Below are positions 1 to 4,079 of a DNA stretch of 4,079 bases, in pieces (the stretch's first letter is position 1; every line of letters begins with the position of its first letter). The translations under genes and the position numbers were made by a program. Location: IMG/VR virus record IMGVR_UViG_2657244940_000015. One strand, given 5' to 3'. Below the pieces are notes generated by a model. It saw nothing but the letters and a program-made list of their open reading frames with translations. It had not been told where the DNA came from and made no database searches. The DNA comes from a virus. Taxonomy: Duplodnaviria; Heunggongvirae; Uroviricota; Caudoviricetes.

Positions 1-2010
1 GATGGCGGTGGTCAGCAGGCGGCTGTTCTCATCGCTTCCACTGGTCAGGCGCAGACTGAAGCGCACGCCCTTCACCACCCTCGGCGTGTCCCATTTCGCC
101 AGCGCCAGATACTGGCTGTCAGCTGCGCTCACCTCCACCGTGAGGTGCTGTACTGCCGGTGGGATAACGCTGTTCAGGGTGCCTGACTGCGGCTCAAAGC
201 GGGCTCCGTTATCCACAATGGCTTCTTTTTCCGGTACGTGCTGCACCGCCGTGATGGCAAAGGTGCCGTCCGTGTTTTCCCGGATGGAGACACAGCGGAA
301 CAGGCGACGGCGCAGTGACGGCAGGGAGAGTCCCCACACCCCGTATGTCTCCACACCATCAGGCAGGGTACTGACCTGTATCCGGTCCGGCGCGGGGTGT
401 GCGGTGATGTCCACACTCACCGGCTTACCGCTGCCGTTAATCAGGTTCACCGCCGATGTACCTGTCTCCGGCAGGGTAACCTCACGGTCCAGCGTCAGGG
501 TGCGGGTGGCAGCATCAATGGACAGGATACGTCCGCCGGTCATAGTCCCGGCATAGTCGTTATCACAGATTTCAATAATGTCACCCGGTGTGTGACGCAG
601 CCCCTGTGACCCGAGCGTGAAGTCCACCGTCTGCGTTTCCAGCAGTTCGGTCTTTATCACCCACAGACCTGCACGGTGAGCCTGACCGCGGCTGGTACAG
701 CCAAACGCATCCATCTTCAGCAGATTGCGTCCGTAGCGCAGTATGGCTTCCGGGTCTTCCACCAGTTCCGTGTAGGTCTGCCAGCCGTTCTGCGGGTCGG
801 TGTAATTCACCTCCACCGCCGTGTGCCGGTCCTTCAGGGCACTGAAGCTGTAGCGGAACCCCACGCCGTTATCATCCACCACCACATCGCTGTTGGTGTA
901 CGGCCACACCACATCCGACGGGCGGTCCTGAACGAACGTCAGCGTCTGGCCGTTCCATACCGGCATACAGCGCATCGCCGAGCAGAAATCACTGAGAACG
1001 TCCCACGCCTTACGCTGTTGTGCCAGGTACGCATTAAAGGTCATCCGCGGCTCTGTGCCCCCGAAACCATCCGGGACCGTCTGGTCGCAGTACTGCCCGA
1101 TGGCATACAGCGCCCACTTGTCCACATCCGCCGCCCCCAGACGTTTTCCCATGCCGTAGCGCGGGTGAGTCAGCATGTCCCACAGACACCAGGCCGGATT
1201 GTTACTGTATGCCGGTTTCAGACTGCCGTCCCAGATACCACTGTACGTGCGTTTTTCCGGGTCATAGTTTGACGGCACCTGGATGATGCGACCGCGGATA
1301 TGGTAGTTCACCGTCATCTGCTGGCCGCCGAACTGCTCCGCATCCACCTGCAGCCCCACAATGGCCGTGTTCGGGTAGCACTGTTTCACATCGATAATTT
1401 CGGTGTATGACGACCAGAGCGTCTTATTCTGCAGCTGGTCCGTGGTGCTGTCCGCCGTCTCCCTGACCATCCGGATGTTAAAAGGACGGGGAGGCAGATT
1501 ATCCAGAATCACCGACGCCAGAAACTGCGAGGTGGTCTTGCCGTTAATGGTGACATCCTTTTCCGTCATCCATTTACCACCACGCTCAAGCTGAATCAGC
1601 AGGCGGACAGACGTCGGGTTACGGTCACCCTTTGACGTGGTCTGCACCAGTGACTGCACCCCGAAGGTCACCCGCAGGCGGTCAATGTTCGCGGACGTAA
1701 TGGTGCGCGTCACCGGTTTTGCCTTCGTCACTTCCACGCCCAGTACAGTTTCAGCTCCGGAGGACTCAAAGCCTTCCGGTGGTGTCTGCTCCTGCTCCCC
1801 GGCGCGCCAGACCGCCGTCACACCGTGTATCACGGGATTACCGTCCGTGTCCGTCAGCGGGGTTTTGTTCACCAGGATACTCTGCAGTCCCTTCACCGGG
1901 CCTTCTATCGGTCCCTCACCAACCGCATCAATCACGCTCATCATCTGCGTGGATTTGAGATTATCCTTCGCCTCACGAGGCGTGTGTGCCTTACCGCCAC
2001 CTTTTCCCAT
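1..2010 (-). CDS. J: Tail tip host-specificity protein J (lambda gpJ homolog), N-terminal 670 codons; 3' end lies beyond the left edge of the window
   Basis: Minus-strand ATG at 2010-2008 preceded by a purine-rich SD (GGGGAAGG). Translation begins MGKGGGKAHTPREAKDNLKSTQ..., closely matching the lambda gpJ N-terminus as I recall it. I scanned every codon in this frame from 2010 to 1 and found no stop (670 sense codons). It is absent from the supplied ORF track only because it has no in-window stop. Confidence 0.9.
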   Translation of the reverse strand, partial: MGKGGGKAHTPREAKDNLKSTQMMSVIDAVGEGPIEGPVKGLQSILVNKTPLTDTDGNPVIHGVTAVWRAGEQEQTPPEGFESSGAETVLGVEVTKAKPVTRTITSANIDRLRVTFGVQSLVQTTSKGDRNPTSVRLLIQLERGGKWMTEKDVTINGKTTSQFLASVILDNLPPRPFNIRMVRETADSTTDQLQNKTLWSSYTEIIDVKQCYPNTAIVGLQVDAEQFGGQQMTVNYHIRGRIIQVPSNYDPEKRTYSGIWDGSLKPAYSNNPAWCLWDMLTHPRYGMGKRLGAADVDKWALYAIGQYCDQTVPDGFGGTEPRMTFNAYLAQQRKAWDVLSDFCSAMRCMPVWNGQTLTFVQDRPSDVVWPYTNSDVVVDDNGVGFRYSFSALKDRHTAVEVNYTDPQNGWQTYTELVEDPEAILRYGRNLLKMDAFGCTSRGQAHRAGLWVIKTELLETQTVDFTLGSQGLRHTPGDIIEICDNDYAGTMTGGRILSIDAATRTLTLDREVTLPETGTSAVNLINGSGKPVSVDITAHPAPDRIQVSTLPDGVETYGVWGLSLPSLRRRLFRCVSIRENTDGTFAITAVQHVPEKEAIVDNGARFEPQSGTLNSVIPPAVQHLTVEVSAADSQYLALAKWDTPRVVKGVRFSLRLTSGSDENSRLLTTAI

Positions 2011-2113
2011 ACAGCCTTCCCCTGAATAAATTAACCGCCACTTGCCATTCCGTACAGAAGTCGGATATCCTTCGCCCGAAAAGCATGAAACACATTTCTG
2101 CCATGCTAAAGAG

Positions 2114-2148
2114 AAACCCCGGTATCAGCAGATACCGGGGTTTTCTTT
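2114..2148. terminator. Strong hairpin with U-rich tails on both strands (bidirectional intrinsic-terminator-like) in the I-J spacer
   Basis: Perfect 13-bp stem AAACCCCGGTATC (2114-2126) / GATACCGGGGTTT (2131-2143) with loop AGCA. Followed on plus by TCTTT and on minus by CTCTTT. Confidence 0.5.
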
Positions 2149-2213
2149 CATGTCCACCGATAATCCTGTTGGTAAAAACCGGTAATGGCATAAAAATTCT
2201 GAATATCTTCACA

Positions 2214-2243
2214 TTTTCACAAACTGACTGTGGCGCGTATAAT
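2214..2243 (+). promoter_or_regulatory. Sigma70-like promoter candidate (TTTTCA -N18- TATAAT), oriented antisense to the tail genes
   Basis: Perfect -10 hexamer TATAAT at 2238-2243 and a -35-like TTTTCA at 2214-2219 with 18-bp spacing, in an AT-rich stretch (about 2160-2300). Predicted TSS near 2250. Confidence 0.3.
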
Positions 2244-2310
2244 TTCGCTGCGTTAGTGTTTTTTTGCCCGAGTAACAAAAACAACTCCTTAACTCTAATC
2301 TTTGTCTGTC

Positions 2311-2345
2311 CCCGCAGCTCCGCGATCACTGCGGGATTTTTTTAT
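2311..2345 (+). terminator. Plus-strand rho-independent terminator candidate ending 6 bp from the I stop codon
   Basis: Stem CCCGCAG (2311-2317) / CTGCGGG (2329-2335) with an 11-nt loop, followed by A + TTTTTTT + ATT (2336-2346). On the minus strand the hairpin is followed by GACAGACAAAG, so it is plus-strand specific. Confidence 0.4.
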
Positions 2346-2350
2346 TCTTT

Positions 2351-3031
2351 TTACCCCTGCCGCCCGATAACCACGACCTTTCCGCACCCGCCTTCATCAC
2401 GGGTACTGATGTCCTGGGATATACGGCGGGAGCCAACCAGCATTTCCCCGTAAGGCACCGGCATCGGGTTACCCTGGGCAATCATGTTGTCCAGTGACGA
2501 AAAATACGTGTTCTGTCTGCCGTTATCCGTTGCGCGGTAATCCGGTGTTTTTGCCTTCGGGGCCAGCATCTGGGCCACACCACCCAGAATCATGCTGGCC
2601 CCCAGTGAAAACAGCATCGTGGTGGCAGAAAAACCGCCGGCACTCAGGGCTGTACCCCATAACGCCATCGAGGCACCGGCAGTGAGGAAAGAGCCCACGA
2701 TGGCTGCCGCCCCCAGCACAATCTGCAGTCCACCCTTTCCGGCCCCGGCCAGTCGCGGCACAATATGGATAACCGTTCCCTCACTCAGTGGTTCGTGAAG
2801 GCGGGCATACACCGCCTCCGGTGCCGTATCCTCACCGGCAATGCGTATCTGGTACCAGCCTTCGTTCATCTGACGGCGAAAGCCCGGCACCTGCATCGAC
2901 AGTGCGCGGATGGCTTCCGCTGCCGTGTTCACATACAGGCTGAGGCGGCGGCCAAATCGTTGTAAATCCCCGTGAAGGCAGATGCGTGCCAGTGGCGGTG
3001 ACGCCAGACAGAATGCGTTCGTCGTTGCCAT
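2351..3031 (-). CDS. I: Tail tip assembly protein I (lambda gpI homolog), 226 aa
   Basis: ORF from the track (MATTNAFCLASPPLARICLHGDLQRFGRRL...QGNPMPVPYGEMLVGSRRISQ...) resembles lambda gpI in length (223 aa in lambda) and sequence, including the hydrophobic Gly/Ala-rich central segment. SD-like GGGAGAGG lies about 11 nt upstream of the ATG. The start sits 103 bp inside the K reading frame, as in lambda. Confidence 0.88.
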   Translation of the reverse strand: MATTNAFCLASPPLARICLHGDLQRFGRRLSLYVNTAAEAIRALSMQVPGFRRQMNEGWYQIRIAGEDTAPEAVYARLHEPLSEGTVIHIVPRLAGAGKGGLQIVLGAAAIVGSFLTAGASMALWGTALSAGGFSATTMLFSLGASMILGGVAQMLAPKAKTPDYRATDNGRQNTYFSSLDNMIAQGNPMPVPYGEMLVGSRRISQDISTRDEGGCGKVVVIGRQG

Positions 3032-3918
3032 TTTTCGGAATACCTCTCCCGTTTACTCAGTTGTTCAGGCAGATGGTGAAGCAGTTCACCGTTGCCGCAG
3101 TAAATGGCGGCATGATTAGCCACCGATGCGCCGAAGCAGCACAGCAGGATATCGCCCGGCAGTGCAGAGGACAGGGGCACCCGGTAAAAGCCCGTTTCCT
3201 CCATATTGTCCAGGTAAAGGTTCTGACCGTTGCACCACCAGTCATCCTCACGGTGAAAATCCGGCATATCAATGCCTGCCAGATGGTATGCATCCCGGAA
3301 CAGCGTGTAACAGTCCGTCACCCCGTGCGCAAAGCGCCGTCCTGTCAGATGTGGCACACAGCGGAATTTGTGAATGTCACCCCGGCTGACCAGCCACCAG
3401 GGCAGTGCGCTTTTTATCTGCAGCCGCCGGTCAGCCTCGCTCAGCCAGGGCAGACCACCGGGATGACTGTGGACCAGTGCCACAATCTCCCCCTGCATCT
3501 CTGCCCGCAGCCAGTCTTCCGGTGCGATACGAAAATACGCCTCAGGCTCTGCAGAGATATTCACGCACGGCTGGTACTGGTTGCCCTCCGGCGTGCTTAT
3601 CACGAAGCCGCACGACTCCGCAGGCGCACACCGCCGGGCATGCGCCAGAATCGCTGATTCAGTCTGTGTCATGGGATTTACTGCGAAAGACTGCACGGCC
3701 CCATCAACGCGGGTGATGGCGTTAACCGGGCAGACCGTTGCGCAGGGTGCATCTTCACAGTGGTGACAGAGCTGCGGCGCAGATTCTTTTTCATTGAGCA
3801 TCACTCTCAGGCGCGGCATTGATTGCAGGCCGTGCTGGCGATGCGTCTCTGAACAGGCAGCCTCACAAGTGTGGCAGCCGATACAGAGCGTGGAGTCAGC
3901 AATTACAAAACGATTCAC
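2929..3918 (-). CDS. K: Chimeric ORF: N-terminal 82 aa HycB/HyfA-type 4Fe-4S ferredoxin fragment fused in frame to a full-length tail tip assembly protein K homolog (JAB/MPN + NlpC/P60). A K-only product could start at the internal ATG at 3672 (247 aa)
   Basis: 329-aa ORF with GTG start at 3918 and SD GAGGA 7 nt upstream. Residues 1-76 carry CIGCHTCEAAC (CxxCxxCxxxC) and CHHCEDAPCATVCP (CxxCxxxxCxxxCP). From residue 83 (MTQTESAILAHARRCAPAESCGF...) the protein matches lambda gpK, including the JAMM motif HSHPGGLPWLSEAD (HxHx7SxxD) and the NlpC/P60-type Cys in GVTDCYTLF. The internal ATG at 3672 has no obvious SD. Confidence 0.8.
   Translation of the reverse strand: MNRFVIADSTLCIGCHTCEAACSETHRQHGLQSMPRLRVMLNEKESAPQLCHHCEDAPCATVCPVNAITRVDGAVQSFAVNPMTQTESAILAHARRCAPAESCGFVISTPEGNQYQPCVNISAEPEAYFRIAPEDWLRAEMQGEIVALVHSHPGGLPWLSEADRRLQIKSALPWWLVSRGDIHKFRCVPHLTGRRFAHGVTDCYTLFRDAYHLAGIDMPDFHREDDWWCNGQNLYLDNMEETGFYRVPLSSALPGDILLCCFGASVANHAAIYCGNGELLHHLPEQLSKRERYSEKWQRRTHSVWRHRHWHASAFTGIYNDLAAASACM
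3673..3918 (-). pseudogene. hycB: 5' fragment (about 77-82 codons) of a formate-hydrogenlyase-type Fe-S subunit gene (HycB-like), truncated after the second Cys motif and fused to phage K
   Basis: MNRFVIADSTLCIGCHTCEAACSETHRQHGLQSMPRLRVMLNEKESAPQLCHHCEDAPCATVCPVNAITRVDGAVQ matches my recollection of the E. coli HycB N-terminus nearly residue for residue. Similarity ends at ...GAVQ, where an intact HycB would continue with further Cys motifs. The gene symbol is from memory and was not verified by search. Confidence 0.5.
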
Positions 3919-3990
3919 CAGGCATTCCTCAGGTGATTGTCATTTTTGACGAAAACATGCCGATGAAATGTCATTTTCGACACTCATCGA
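3919..3990 (-). promoter_or_regulatory. 5' leader of the chimeric ORF: SD plus two tandem palindromic operator-like sites (TGTCATTTTYGAC x2, 31 bp apart)
   Basis: SD GAGGA is the reverse complement of plus 3926-3930. Direct repeat of 13-mers at 3938-3950 (TGTCATTTTTGAC) and 3969-3981 (TGTCATTTTCGAC), each an inverted repeat GTC-N6-GAC (second copy TGTC-N6-GACA), spaced about three helical turns apart. Confidence 0.35.
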
Positions 3991-4079
3991 CACGCCCATC
4001 CCCAAACAGGCGTAACGCCTGCAAAACGGGCAAAGCCTCAGCTCATGCTGCCGGGCTTTGTCCCTTTACCAGTTGGCTT

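Noticed and set aside
174-416. Minus-strand 80-aa ORF
   Set aside because: Out of frame within J (J codons are phased at positions divisible by 3; this ORF is not). Arg/Pro/Cys-rich with no homology recognised.
2-2029. Plus-strand ORFs 2..556, 397..609, 676..1272, 1403..1594, 1637..2029, 1719..1958, 1825..2025
   Set aside because: All lie antisense to the continuous gpJ reading frame, occupy several mutually overlapping frames, and translate to Arg/Ser/Cys/Pro/Thr-rich sequence typical of shadow ORFs opposite a GC-rich gene. No recognisable domains or RBS.
1991-2329. Minus-strand 112-aa ORF spanning the I-J spacer
   Set aside because: It starts with GTG inside the loop of the 2311-2335 hairpin, reads through the 13-bp hairpin at 2114-2143, and overlaps the J start out of frame. 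No SD and no recognisable similarity.
1986-2453. Plus-strand 155-aa ORF across the I-J spacer
   Set aside because: It begins antisense within J, crosses both hairpins and the promoter-like element, and ends antisense within I. Low-complexity composition, no RBS.
2494-3766. Plus-strand ORFs 2494..2685, 2592..2798, 2765..2965, 2986..3657, 3126..3389, 3405..3716, 3581..3766, and minus-strand 3057..3293
   Set aside because: Antisense or out-of-frame shadows inside the K and I coding regions, which carry clear gpK and gpI similarity on the minus strand. None has a plausible RBS or recognisable motifs.
3673-3918. Possibility that the Cys-rich N-terminus is the Fe-S-binding C-terminal domain of gpL, which precedes K in lambda
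   Set aside because: The segment begins with its own SD and start codon and has the canonical N-terminal ferredoxin signature MNRFVIAD...CxxCxxCxxxC followed by CxxCxxxxCxxxCP. An upstream non-coding leader precedes it rather than the rest of L, so a HycB/HyfA-type host gene fits better.
4038-4079. Possible 3' end of an upstream minus-strand gene (hycA-like?)
   Set aside because: Only about 12 codons are visible and two frames are open to the window edge. Too short to support a CDS call or identity.
1-4079. CRISPR arrays, tRNA or rRNA genes, IS elements, attachment-site direct repeats
   Set aside because: No regularly spaced direct repeats, no tRNA-like cloverleaf candidates, no terminal inverted repeats or transposase-like ORFs seen. 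The host-phage junction shows no att-like core repeat, consistent with rearrangement rather than integration.

Overview
This window is the tail-tip module of a lambda-like (lambdoid, enterobacterial) prophage on the minus strand, fused at its upstream end to what looks like a host gene. Reading 5'->3' on the minus strand: (i) a non-phage leader (4079-3919) with a Shine-Dalgarno and GTG start; (ii) an 82-codon N-terminal piece of a HycB/HyfA-type 4Fe-4S ferredoxin (3918-3673) running in frame, without a stop, into (iii) a full-length tail tip assembly protein K homolog (3672-2929) with JAB/MPN and NlpC/P60 motifs; (iv) tail tip assembly protein I (3031-2351), overlapping K by 103 bp; (v) a 340-bp AT-rich I-J spacer with two strong hairpins and a plus-strand promoter-like element; (vi) the first 670 codons of host-specificity protein J (2010-1), open to the window edge. 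No L, M, H or other upstream tail genes are present, so this is most likely a prophage remnant or rearrangement joined to a host formate-hydrogenlyase-type ferredoxin gene. Every plus-strand ORF in the supplied track is judged an antisense shadow ORF. All protein identifications rest on recalled similarity to lambda gpJ, gpI, gpK and E. coli HycB; no database search was run.
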